Part shown: piece by piece, positions 1 through 8,260 of the stretch
Layout: each line of letters begins with the position of its first letter
How positions within the stretch are numbered: position 1 is the first letter of the stretch
DNA from: Cereibacter sphaeroides 2.4.1
Lineage (GTDB): Bacteria > Pseudomonadota > Alphaproteobacteria > Rhodobacterales > Rhodobacteraceae
NCBI RefSeq assembly: GCF_000012905.2
Contig: NC_007493.2
Coordinates: 2,670,001-2,702,000 of the forward strand
Length of the DNA: 32,000 nt
Reading direction: 5' to 3'
Program-made: the position numbers and the translations under genes
Notes under the pieces: model-generated
Databases searched by the model: none
What the model was told of the DNA's origin: nothing
What the model saw: only the letters and a program-made list of their open reading frames with translations

Positions 1-32
1 AGCCTCCCGCCGTCCCCGATCTCGCGCCCCAG

Positions 33-983
33 ATGCAGGCGCCCGCGCCCGAGACGGCGGCACCCGCTCCGGCCCTGCCCCCGGCCGCGCCCGAGGCGGG
101 CCCGGCGCTCGATGCGCCCGCGGCCCCGGCCAGCCCCGAAGCGCAGGGCTCGCAGGCGCCCGCCGATGCGGCCGACGCACAGGAGGCCCCGGCACCGGCG
201 GGCGAGCCCGAGGCGCCGGCGGCCGCGGGGGCAGATCCCGCCCCGGCCGCCTTCGACACCGAAGCCGCAGAGGCGCCTGTTGGGCCGGGCCTTCCGATCC
301 CGCACGATCTGACGCCCTGGGGCATGTTCGAGGCCGCGCACTGGGTGGTGCAGGCGGTGATGATCCTGCTCGCCGCGGCCAGCTTCGTGACCTGGACGGT
401 GCTTCTCTTCAAGCTGGTCGAGATCGCCATCGCCCGCCGCAGGCTGGCGCGGACCGCGGCCACCGTGGAGACCTCGGCCACGCTCGAGGAGGCGGTCCGG
501 CGTCTTGCGGGGCGCAAGGATCCGGCCGCCTTCATGGCGCGGGCGAGCTTCGAGGAACTGCAACGCTCGGACGCGGCGCTCGATCTGGCCGGCACGGCGG
601 GCCTGAAGGAGCGCGTGCGCTCGATCCTCGAGCGGGTCGAGGCGCAGGCGGGCGAACGGCTGCGGCGCGGCATCGGGCTTCTGGCCACCATCGGCTCGGT
701 CGGGCCCTTCGTCGGGCTGTTCGGCACGGTCTGGGGCATCATGAACGCCTTCATCGGCATCTCGCAGAGCCAGACGACGAACCTCGCCGTGGTGGCCCCC
801 GGCATCGCCGAGGCGCTGCTGGCCACGGGCCTCGGCCTCGTGGCGGCCATTCCGGCCGTGGTGATCTACAACCATTTCGTGCGGTCCATCGCCTCGTGGC
901 GGCTGAGCCTCGCCGATGCGGGCGCCGCCATCGAGCGGATGCTGAGCCGCGATCTCGACTACCGCAGCGCCGGGAGGTCCTGA
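33..983 (+). CDS. exbB: ExbB/TolQ-family proton-channel subunit with a ~95-aa Ala/Pro-rich N-terminal extension (5' end may lie outside the window)
   Basis: ORF 33-983. The C-terminal ~220 aa has TM helices and MotA/TolQ/ExbB-type segments (GSVGPFVGLFGTVWGIMNAF; APGIAEALLATGLGLVAAIPAVVIYN). exbD follows 4 nt later, then tonB. The frame is open from nt 3 to 33, so the real start could be upstream of the window. Confidence 0.85.
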   Translation: MQAPAPETAAPAPALPPAAPEAGPALDAPAAPASPEAQGSQAPADAADAQEAPAPAGEPEAPAAAGADPAPAAFDTEAAEAPVGPGLPIPHDLTPWGMFEAAHWVVQAVMILLAAASFVTWTVLLFKLVEIAIARRRLARTAATVETSATLEEAVRRLAGRKDPAAFMARASFEELQRSDAALDLAGTAGLKERVRSILERVEAQAGERLRRGIGLLATIGSVGPFVGLFGTVWGIMNAFIGISQSQTTNLAVVAPGIAEALLATGLGLVAAIPAVVIYNHFVRSIASWRLSLADAGAAIERMLSRDLDYRSAGRS

Positions 984-986
984 GCC

Positions 987-1412
987 ATGGCGGGGTTCCG
1001 CGGCAGCGACGGCGACGATCTGAACCACGAGATCAACGTCACGCCCTTCATCGACGTGATCCTCGTGCTGCTCATCATCTTCATGGTGGCGGCGCCCCTC
1101 TCGACGGTGGATGTGCCGGTCGATCTGCCGGGCTCGACCGCGAGCCAGAGCCAGCGGCCGGAAGAGCCGATTTTCCTCACGCTGCAGAAGGATCTGACGC
1201 TGTCGCTGAAGAACACGGCCATCGCGCGCGCGGCGCTGCAGGCGGATCTCGACGCGGCGACGCAGGGCAATCGCGACACGCGGATCTTCCTGCGCGCGGA
1301 TGAGGCGGTGCCCTACGGCGACCTGATGGAGGTGATGAACCTGCTGCGCGGCGCGGGCTACCTGAAGGTGGCGCTGGTCGGGCTGGAGGCGCTTCCGGGA
1401 GGCACGCCATGA
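987..1412 (+). CDS. exbD: ExbD/TolR-family biopolymer transport protein
   Basis: 141 aa with the typical N-terminal anchor INVTPFIDVILVLLIIFMVAAPL. It starts 4 nt after the exbB stop and has an ATGA overlap with the next gene. Confidence 0.9.
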   Translation: MAGFRGSDGDDLNHEINVTPFIDVILVLLIIFMVAAPLSTVDVPVDLPGSTASQSQRPEEPIFLTLQKDLTLSLKNTAIARAALQADLDAATQGNRDTRIFLRADEAVPYGDLMEVMNLLRGAGYLKVALVGLEALPGGTP

Positions 1413-2293
1413 GCCATTATGCGGACTGGCGGCAGAGCCTCGGGCCCGGACGGCTGCGGCGCGAGGCGGCGGGCTGGTCGCTCGCCGCGCTGACGGTGGC
1501 GGCGACAGCGACCGCCGCGGCCACGGCGGCCTTCCGCGTCGAGGAGCTGGGCCACCGGGATGCCCTGCAGGAGGCGCTCTATCTCGATCTCGAGCCGGTG
1601 CCCCCTGCCCCTGCGGCGCTGGCCGCCCCCGAGGCGGCGCCCGAGGTGCCGCAGGTCGAGGCGCCCGTCGCCCCGGAGCCCGAGGAGATCGCCGAGCAGG
1701 AACCGGAGCTGGCTCCGCCGCCGCCCGACGTCCGGCCGTCGGCCGAGACGGTGGACCTGCCCGACATTCCGGTGCCCACCTCCGAGACCTTCGCCTACGA
1801 CCCACCGCCCCCGCCGCCGCCCGAAGAGGAAGAGGTGGCCGAGATCCCGCCCGATGCGCGCCCGATGCCGCGCCCCGAGCGCACGCCGCCGCCCGAGAAA
1901 AAGCCCGATCCGCCGAAGCGCGAGGTGAAGAAGGCCGCCGCTCCGCCGCCGCAGCAGGCCGCAGCGCCGACCCGCTCGACGGGCAGTGCCGCCGCGGTGG
2001 CCTCGCGCGGGCAAGTGCAGAACCTGACGGCGAAATGGGGCGCCGAGATCCGCAAGCGCATCCAGCGCCACACGCGCGGCGCGCGCGGTCAGGCGGGCGA
2101 GGTGACGGTGCGGCTGACGGTGTCGCAGGGCGGCGCGCTCGGCGGCGCGTCGGTGGTCCGCTCGTCGGGCAATCCGCGGATCGACCAGCTCGCGCTGCGC
2201 GCGGTGCAGTCGGCAGGCCGGTTCCCGGCTGCGCCGGCGGCGCTGACCGATCCGCAGTATACCTTCACCCTGCCGATCACCTTCGCGCGCTGA
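1409..2293 (+). CDS. tonB: TonB-family energy transducer
   Basis: 294 aa. It has an N-terminal hydrophobic anchor (WSLAALTVAATATAAATAAF) and a long Pro/Glu/Lys-rich spacer (PPPPPPPEEEE, PPPEKKPDPPKRE). The C-terminal domain is TonB-C-like (GEVTVRLTVSQGGALGGASVVRSSGNPRIDQLALRAVQSAGRFP). Third gene of an exbB-exbD-tonB unit. Confidence 0.85.
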   Translation: MSHYADWRQSLGPGRLRREAAGWSLAALTVAATATAAATAAFRVEELGHRDALQEALYLDLEPVPPAPAALAAPEAAPEVPQVEAPVAPEPEEIAEQEPELAPPPPDVRPSAETVDLPDIPVPTSETFAYDPPPPPPPEEEEVAEIPPDARPMPRPERTPPPEKKPDPPKREVKKAAAPPPQQAAAPTRSTGSAAAVASRGQVQNLTAKWGAEIRKRIQRHTRGARGQAGEVTVRLTVSQGGALGGASVVRSSGNPRIDQLALRAVQSAGRFPAAPAALTDPQYTFTLPITFAR

Positions 2294-2430
2294 GGCCGCG
2301 GAGGAGCGCTCCGGCGAGGGCGCGCCTGCCGCCCTGCTCCTCCGGGCAGCAGGGGAGCATCTCGCGCCCCCGACATCCGGCGATCTTCGCCGGGGCACGC
2401 CCGCCGTCAGGATGCGGGTTGCGGCCCGTA

Positions 2431-2462
2431 ACAAAAGGCCCGCGCCTCACGGGCAGCGGGCC
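2431..2462 (-). terminator. Rho-independent terminator downstream of map
   Basis: Stem GGCCCGC (2437-2443) pairs with GCGGGCC (2456-2462) around a 12-nt loop. On the minus strand the hairpin is followed by TTTTGT (complement of 2431-2436). It lies 25 nt past the map stop. Confidence 0.6.
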
Positions 2463-2486
2463 TCGCTCCTCGGAAAGCGTGAATGA

Positions 2487-3368
2487 TCAGTCGGCGGTGG
2501 GCCAGGTCGGGTAGAACAGGCCGGCGGGCGAGAGGGTGAAGATCTCGCAGCCATCGGCGGTCACGCCTACCGAATGTTCGAACTGCGCCGACAGCGACTT
2601 GTCGCGGGTGACGGCGGTCCAGTCGTCGGCGAGCACCTTCGTCTCGGGGCGGCCGAGGTTCACCATCGGCTCGATGGTGAAGATCATGCCCTCTTCCAGC
2701 ACGGGCCCGGTGCCGGGGCGGCCGTAGTGCAGCACGTTCGGCGGCGCATGGAAGACACGCCCGAGACCGTGGCCGCAGAAGTCGCGCACGACCGACATGC
2801 GGTTGTTCTCGACATAGGTCTGGATCGCCGCGCCGATGTCGCCGAAGGTGGCGCCGGGCTTCACGACCTCGATCCCCTTCATCAGCGCGTCGTGCGTGAC
2901 CTCGAGCAGACGCTCGGCCTTGCGGCCGAGGGTGCCCGCCACATACATCCGGCTCGTGTCGCCGAACCAGCCATCCACGATCACCGTCACGTCGATGTTG
3001 AGGATGTCGCCGTCCTTCAGCACCTTCGTGCCGGGAATGCCGTGGCAGACGACATGGTTGACCGAGATGCAGGAGGCGTGCTGATAGCCCTTGTAGCCGA
3101 TGGTGGCCGAGGTGACCCCGCGCCGCTCGATCTCGTCGGTGATGAAGCGGTCGATCTCGGCCGTGGTGGCGCCGGGCACGACCAGCGGCCCCACGAGATC
3201 GAGGATCTCGGCCGCGGCCCGTCCGGCCCGGCGCATGCCCGCATAATCCTCGGGCTCGTAGATCCTGATGCCGTTCTTGGTGATGCGGCCGCGCGACTCG
3301 TCCACTGGGACTGATCCTTCTGGTCTCGGTGTCGTCTCAAGATAGTCAAGGTTCCGCTCCTTTGCCAT
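2487..3368 (-). CDS. map: Type I methionine aminopeptidase
   Basis: 293 aa with classic MetAP-I blocks: ASCISVNHVVCHGIP, DILNIDVTVIVDGWFGDTSRMY, FCGHGLGRVFH, FTIEPM, QFEHSVGVT. Confidence 0.95.
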   Translation of the reverse strand: MAKERNLDYLETTPRPEGSVPVDESRGRITKNGIRIYEPEDYAGMRRAGRAAAEILDLVGPLVVPGATTAEIDRFITDEIERRGVTSATIGYKGYQHASCISVNHVVCHGIPGTKVLKDGDILNIDVTVIVDGWFGDTSRMYVAGTLGRKAERLLEVTHDALMKGIEVVKPGATFGDIGAAIQTYVENNRMSVVRDFCGHGLGRVFHAPPNVLHYGRPGTGPVLEEGMIFTIEPMVNLGRPETKVLADDWTAVTRDKSLSAQFEHSVGVTADGCEIFTLSPAGLFYPTWPTAD

Positions 3369-3442
3369 ACCTGCGCCGGCCGCGAAAGGTTTGAAACGCC
3401 GCGCGGCGGGGCCTATAGCTGAGCGATCCGAAGGAGAAGCCG

Positions 3443-4174
3443 ATGCCCGCGAACCCCACCGCCGCCATGCTCGTGATCGGAGACGAGATCCTCTCGGGCC
3501 GCACCCGCGACGGGAACAGCCATTATCTCGCCGGCGAACTGACCCGCCACGGCATCCGCCTGAGCGAGATCCGCTGCGTGGCGGACGACCGCGCCGCCAT
3601 CATCGAGGCGGTCCGGGCGCTGGATGCGCGCTGGGATCACGTCTTCACCTCGGGCGGCATCGGCCCGACCCACGACGACATCACCGCCGAAGCCGTGGCC
3701 GAGGCCTTCGGCGTGCCGATCGGCATCCGGCAGGACGCCTACGACCTGCTGGCCGCCCATTACGCGCGCACTGGGCTCGAGTTCAACGAGGCCCGCCAGC
3801 GCATGGCCCGCATCCCCGAAGGCGCCACCCTGATCGAGAACCCCGTCTCGACCGCGCCGGGATTCACCTTGGGCACCGTGCATGTGATGGCGGGCGTGCC
3901 CAACATCTTTCAGGCGATGGTGGCCTCGGTCATCCCGACCCTCACCGGGGGCGAGCCGCTGCTCAGCCAGTCGCTGCGGGTGGACCGCGGGGAGGGCGAG
4001 ATCGCCGGTCCCTTCGGCGCGCTCGCGACCGAGTTTCCCGACCTGCAGATGGGCAGCTATCCCTTCGTGCAGAACGGCGCCTTCGGCTCGAACCTCGTGA
4101 TCCGCGGCACCGATGCGGGGCGGATCTCGGAGGCGATGACCCGGCTGGCCGCCCTCTTCCCGCAGGCGCGCTAG
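3443..4174 (+). CDS. CinA-like / molybdopterin-binding (MoCF-biosynthesis domain) protein
   Basis: 243 aa. The N-terminal AAMLVIGDEILSGRTRDGNSHYLAGEL .. FTSGGIGPTHDDIT is the CinA/MoaB-type fold signature. GGAG lies about 7 nt upstream of the ATG. Confidence 0.85.
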   Translation: MPANPTAAMLVIGDEILSGRTRDGNSHYLAGELTRHGIRLSEIRCVADDRAAIIEAVRALDARWDHVFTSGGIGPTHDDITAEAVAEAFGVPIGIRQDAYDLLAAHYARTGLEFNEARQRMARIPEGATLIENPVSTAPGFTLGTVHVMAGVPNIFQAMVASVIPTLTGGEPLLSQSLRVDRGEGEIAGPFGALATEFPDLQMGSYPFVQNGAFGSNLVIRGTDAGRISEAMTRLAALFPQAR

Positions 4175-4177
4175 AGC

Positions 4178-4888
4178 ATGACCCCAGAGGACATCTACGC
4201 CACCGTCGAGGCCACCTGGCCCGCGGCGCGGCTGGAGCGCTCGGGCCCCTGGACGATCCGAGAGGGTCGGGGCGGCGGCAAGCGCGTTTCTGCCGCAACC
4301 GCCGCGGAGGGCTGGACGGAGGCGGATCTGCCCGCCGCCGAAGCCGCGATGGAGGCCCTCGGGCAGGAGCCGCTCTTCATGATCCGCGCGGGGGACGAGC
4401 CGCTCGACGCGGCGCTTGCCGCGCGCGGCTACCGGATCGTCGATCCCGTCACCGCCTATGCCTGCCCGGTGGGGCGGCTCTCGGCCGAGCCGCCGGCGCA
4501 GATGGCGGCCTTTCCGCACTGGCCGCCGCTCGGCATCGTCCGCGATCTCTGGACCGAGAGCGGCATCGGCCCCGAACGCGTCGCGGTGATGGAGCGGGTG
4601 GCGGGGCCGAAATGCTGCCTGCTCGGGCGGCAGAACGACCGACCCTCGGGCGCGGCCTTCGTGGGGCTGGCGGGCCCGTTCGCCATGCTCCACGCGCTCG
4701 AGGTCACGCCCGCGCTGCGCAGGCTCGGCTCGGCGCAGGCGATGATCCGCCGCGGCGCCTGCTGGGCCGAGGCCGCGGGCGCCCATTGGTTCTCGCTCGT
4801 CGTCACCACCGCCAATGCGCCGGCCCGCGCGCTCTACGAGGCGCTCGGGATGGAAGAGGTGGGCCACTACCACTACCGGCTGAAATGA
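4178..4888 (+). CDS. GNAT-family N-acetyltransferase
   Basis: 236 aa. The C-terminal part has the GNAT acetyl-CoA motif context (LEVTPALRRLGSAQAMIRRG .. ANAPARALYEALGMEEVG). It starts 4 nt after the preceding stop. Confidence 0.75.
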   Translation: MTPEDIYATVEATWPAARLERSGPWTIREGRGGGKRVSAATAAEGWTEADLPAAEAAMEALGQEPLFMIRAGDEPLDAALAARGYRIVDPVTAYACPVGRLSAEPPAQMAAFPHWPPLGIVRDLWTESGIGPERVAVMERVAGPKCCLLGRQNDRPSGAAFVGLAGPFAMLHALEVTPALRRLGSAQAMIRRGACWAEAAGAHWFSLVVTTANAPARALYEALGMEEVGHYHYRLK

Positions 4889-5817
4889 TCCGGCAGCTCC
4901 TTCTCGCCGCCCTCATCCTCTGCCCGGGAGCCGCCGCCGCGCTCGAGCTCGGCGCGCCCTGGACGCGCGTCGAACGGCAGGAGGAGGACTCTGCCAGCTA
5001 CCGGCTGCCGACGGGCCCCTGGACCGAGGCGGGCCTGCCCATGCGCCCGATCGAGGGCCGGATCGTCCGCAGCGTCTGGCAGCGCGATCTGGCCGAGACC
5101 TCGACGCTCGACCTTCTGGCACCCCTCCGCGCGGCGCTGGAGGCAGAGGGCTTCCGCCCGCTCTTTGAATGCGAGACGCGCGGCTGCGGCGGCTTCGACT
5201 TCCGCTATGCGACGGATGTGCTGCCCGAGCCGGAGATGCATGTGGATCTGGGCGACTTCCGCTTCTTCGCGGCGATCCGCGAGGGGGCCGAAGGTGCCGA
5301 GGCCGTGAGCCTCCTGATCAGCCGGTCGGATGCGACGGGCTTCGTGCAGGTGATCGAGGCCCTGCCCCGCACCGCCACGCCCCCGGCCCCCGTCGCCGTG
5401 CCGGACGAGCCTGTCGCGGCGGAGGCCCCCGCTCCTGCCGCCGGCACCCTCATCCTGCGGCTCGAGGAGACGGGGGCCGCGGTGCTCGAGGGACTGGTCT
5501 TCGGCAGCGGCTCGGCCGAGCTCGAGGACCGCGCCTATCCCGCGCTCGCGGATCTGGCGCAATGGCTGAAAGAGGATCCGGCCCGGCGCGTGGTGATCGT
5601 GGGCCATACCGACGCGTCGGGCGGGCTCGAGGGCAATGTGACGCTGAGCCGGGCCCGGGCCGTTTCGGTGCGCGAGCGGTTGATCGCGCGGCACGGGGTC
5701 GATGGGGCGCAGGTGACGGCGGACGGCGTGGGCTATCTCGCTCCGCGCGCCACGAACCGCACCGAAGAGGGCCGCGCCCGCAACCGCCGGGTCGAAGTCA
5801 TGCTGCTCGCCGGCTGA
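4885..5817 (+). CDS. OmpA-family (peptidoglycan-binding) exported protein
   Basis: An in-frame ATG at 4885 inside track ORF 3391-5817 gives 310 aa with the signal peptide MIRQLLLAALILCPGAAAA. It has an ATGA overlap with the GNAT stop. The C-terminal OmpA/MotB-like domain reads VIVGHTDASGGLEGNVTLSRARAVSVRERL .. GRARNRRVEVML. The N-terminal domain with CGGFDF resembles the DUF4892-type domain (from memory). Confidence 0.85.
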   Translation: MIRQLLLAALILCPGAAAALELGAPWTRVERQEEDSASYRLPTGPWTEAGLPMRPIEGRIVRSVWQRDLAETSTLDLLAPLRAALEAEGFRPLFECETRGCGGFDFRYATDVLPEPEMHVDLGDFRFFAAIREGAEGAEAVSLLISRSDATGFVQVIEALPRTATPPAPVAVPDEPVAAEAPAPAAGTLILRLEETGAAVLEGLVFGSGSAELEDRAYPALADLAQWLKEDPARRVVIVGHTDASGGLEGNVTLSRARAVSVRERLIARHGVDGAQVTADGVGYLAPRATNRTEEGRARNRRVEVMLLAG

Positions 5818-5839
5818 GAGCGCCCGGAAAGGCCACGCC

Positions 5840-6745
5840 TCAATTCCCGATCGGCCCCTTTTCCAGAAAGCGGCGCACGAGGAAGTCGATGAAGGCGCGC
5901 ACCTTGGGCTGGGTGAACCGGCCCGCGGGATAGATGGCATGGATGCCCAGCGTCTCGACCGGCAGGTCCGGCAGCACCTCCTCGACCAGCCCCGCACGCA
6001 TGGCCTCCGCGAAGAGGAACTCGGGCAGATGGGCGATGCCCAGCCCCGAGACCGCCGCCTTGAGCAGCGAATGGCCGTCGTTCACGGTCAGAAAGCCCGG
6101 CGCCCGCACCTGCCGCGGCTCGCCCGAGGGTGACAGGAGCCGCCAGACGTTTCCGTGCGCCTGCGTCGAATGATAGAGCAGCCTGTGATCGGTGAGGTCG
6201 TCGATCTTCATCGGCCGCCCGTGCCGCTGGAGATAGCCCGGAGACGCGATCATCCGCCGGGTGGTCTCGGTCAGCTTGCGTGCGCGCAGGCTCGAATCCT
6301 CGAGATCGCCCACGCGGATCGCCATGTCGAACCCTTCCGAGATCAGCTCGACGCTGCGGTTGTTCAGCACCATGGTCACGGTGATGTCGGGATAGTCGAG
6401 CAGGAACTCCGCGAGGATCGGCGCCAGCAGGGCCACGCCGAAATCCGTCGCGACCGAGAGGCGCAGGTGTCCCGACGGCGCGGTCTGCATCGAGGTCACC
6501 AGCGCATCCGCCTCGCCCGCGTCGGTCAGCACCCGCCGCGCCCGGTCGTAATAGGCGAGCCCGATCTCCGTGGGCGAGACCCGGCGGGTGGTGCGGTTGA
6601 GAAGCCGCGCCCCCAGCCGCGCCTCGAGCGCCGAGACATGTTTCGAGACGGCGGACTTGGAGATCCCCATCTTCCGGGCCGCATCGGTGAAGCCGCCCTG
6701 ATCCACCACCATGGCGAAGGCTTCCATTTCCGTCAGTCGATCCAT
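5840..6745 (-). CDS. LysR-family transcriptional regulator
   Basis: ATG at 6745 (M73 of track ORF 5840-6961) gives 301 aa. The protein starts MDRLTEMEAFAMVVDQGGFTDAARKMGISKSAVSKHVSALEARLG, a LysR winged-HTH. The remainder looks like a LysR substrate-binding domain. Confidence 0.9.
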   Translation of the reverse strand: MDRLTEMEAFAMVVDQGGFTDAARKMGISKSAVSKHVSALEARLGARLLNRTTRRVSPTEIGLAYYDRARRVLTDAGEADALVTSMQTAPSGHLRLSVATDFGVALLAPILAEFLLDYPDITVTMVLNNRSVELISEGFDMAIRVGDLEDSSLRARKLTETTRRMIASPGYLQRHGRPMKIDDLTDHRLLYHSTQAHGNVWRLLSPSGEPRQVRAPGFLTVNDGHSLLKAAVSGLGIAHLPEFLFAEAMRAGLVEEVLPDLPVETLGIHAIYPAGRFTQPKVRAFIDFLVRRFLEKGPIGN

Positions 6746-6951
6746 GGCGGCTCCCGTGCACTGTCCGGACCCTGCCCTCATGGGTGGCAAATCGGGCAGG
6801 ATTGCGGAAAGCAACAGGCAAGTCCGGGATTTATGGCCGGAAAGCCCGGGGCAGGCATCGGGGTGAGTCGCCGTGCCGGGACAGGGGCCTGCGCCCTCGC
6901 GCCGCAGCTTCGACGGCGCGCCGGACAGAATGTCACCTCCCCAAGCGCCAA

Positions 6952-6970
6952 GACGCAACAAAATTGCGTC
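6952..6970. promoter_or_regulatory. Perfect 7-bp inverted repeat (candidate operator) in the LysR / small-ORF divergent region
   Basis: GACGCAA-caaaa-TTGCGTC. A second dyad, CGTCGC-N11-GCGACG, follows directly at 6975-6997. The site is 104 nt upstream of ATG 7074 and 207 nt from the lysR-type ATG. Confidence 0.35.
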
Positions 6971-7073
6971 ATCGCGTCGCGCTGCGTTGCAGCGACGGCA
7001 TGGGTGGCATGCGCCTTTTGGGAGAAGTCATCAGAATTGAGGGGTTTATATCGGGGGGCAAAGGAGAACGACC

Positions 7074-7214
7074 ATGATACACGATCCCCGCCCGATGACC
7101 GCCGCTCAGGCCGCCGAAACCGTGCCGGCCTATTTCACGCCCGAGCGGAACACCCGTCAGCTTCGCAATCTGAGCGCGCTGGAGCAGATGTACGGCTACT
7201 ACAACCGCGATTGA
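7074..7214 (+). CDS. Small hypothetical protein (46 aa), not in the ORF track
   Basis: MIHDPRPMTAAQAAETVPAYFTPERNTRQLRNLSALEQMYGYYNRD. AAGGAGA (7061-7067) is followed by a 6-nt spacer and then the ATG. About 80% of codons end in G/C, as in real genes here. Divergent from the LysR gene. I recognise no family. Confidence 0.4.
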   Translation: MIHDPRPMTAAQAAETVPAYFTPERNTRQLRNLSALEQMYGYYNRD

Positions 7215-7370
7215 TCCTTCGCTGCCACGACGGCGGGCACAGGGCCCGTCGTCCCGGCAGAGCCCCAGGTGCGGTCTGAGGCAGACCCCTCCCGACGCCC
7301 GGCTCCCCTCTTTTCCCCTCTCTCCACGACGCGCCCGAGACCGCGGTCTCCCAGTGGGCCTGCCGCGGCC

Positions 7371-7895
7371 CTAGCGGTTCGCCGCTTCCATTGCATCGAC
7401 GAAGCTCACCATCAGGCGCTTTCCGTTCTCGCGCCCGAGCGGGGCTTTCCCCGTGCCCGAGGCCGTCAACGTCACCATCCGCCCGTTCAGCGTGAGCACC
7501 GCGCGCCAGCTCTCCGGCGGCGCCCCGCGGCTCCGGTCCCGGATCCGGATCAGGAAGGCCTTCCCCCGCCCCAGCGCCTCGAGAACCTGCACGCTATCGG
7601 CACGACCCGAGGCGCTCAGAGCCTTCCGCCCCGCCGCCGACTGGAAATAGGCCGCCAGATCCTGCCCCCGCCGCGCCACGTCGATGCCCGAGCCGGGCAC
7701 GCCGACCGTCGCGGTCAGAACCGCAGGCGGGCGATCGGTCACGCCTGCACAGCGACCCATCAGCACGAGGCCCGGCCCGGTCCCGGGCTCGCGGACGATG
7801 CAGTAGCCGGCGGGCGCCGCGACGCGCACGCCCTCCGCCACGGCAGGCAGGGCCGGAAAGAGGGCGAGGAGGCCTGCGAGGAGAAGATGCCTCAT
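7371..7895 (-). CDS. Exported hypothetical protein
   Basis: ATG at 7895 (M72 of track ORF 7371-8108) gives 174 aa with the signal peptide MRHLLLAGLLALFPALPAVAEG. GGAGGAG lies 5 nt upstream of the ATG. No family recognised. Confidence 0.6.
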   Translation of the reverse strand: MRHLLLAGLLALFPALPAVAEGVRVAAPAGYCIVREPGTGPGLVLMGRCAGVTDRPPAVLTATVGVPGSGIDVARRGQDLAAYFQSAAGRKALSASGRADSVQVLEALGRGKAFLIRIRDRSRGAPPESWRAVLTLNGRMVTLTASGTGKAPLGRENGKRLMVSFVDAMEAANR

Positions 7896-8260
7896 GCGTC
7901 TCCTCCGAAGCAGGCGCCGCAGTCTCGGGCGCGGGGATGGGGCGCGAGGAAGGGCTGTCTCATGGCAGGTCTCCGGTCGGTGGGCACGGGCATAGCGGCC
8001 GCTCCCGCAGCGGGCAAGGCGCGACCTGCCGGTCCACCGGCAGCTTTCGGCGCAGAGCGGCACGCACGGGCCCCGGATCCGCGACACCTTCACGGACGCT
8101 GCGCCCACTCACCCCGGATTGCCGTGATCTGTCCCAAGGCGCGTCCGCCGCATGCCCCCTCTCCCCGCGCGCGGGCGTCACAGGGGCAGCCCGCGCGATT
8201 GCATTTCCCGCCCCTCCGGACTATCTCGGCACCATCGCCGCGACCGGAAGGCTTGCCCGC

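Noticed and set aside
3391-4884. First 498 codons of the 808-aa track ORF 3391-5817
   Set aside because: The translation is Arg/Pro/Gly/Ala low-complexity. It overlaps, in another frame, the clearly recognisable CinA-like and GNAT genes. Only the part from ATG 4885 (signal peptide plus OmpA domain) looks real. This is a GC-rich open-frame artefact.
5840-6961. 373-aa version of the LysR gene, and the analogous long versions of the exported protein (to 8108), accD (from 7937) and purU (from 25197)
   Set aside because: The family-typical N-termini (wHTH, signal peptide, MNWISNY, ACT domain) begin at internal Met codons. The upstream extensions are low-complexity.
7337-7350. Palindrome GAGACCGCGGTCTC as a terminator between the small ORF and the exported-protein gene
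   Set aside because: The 2-nt centre cannot form a proper loop and no T-tract is present. A weak 7-bp stem at 7227-7252 is also unconvincing. Termination here remains unassigned.
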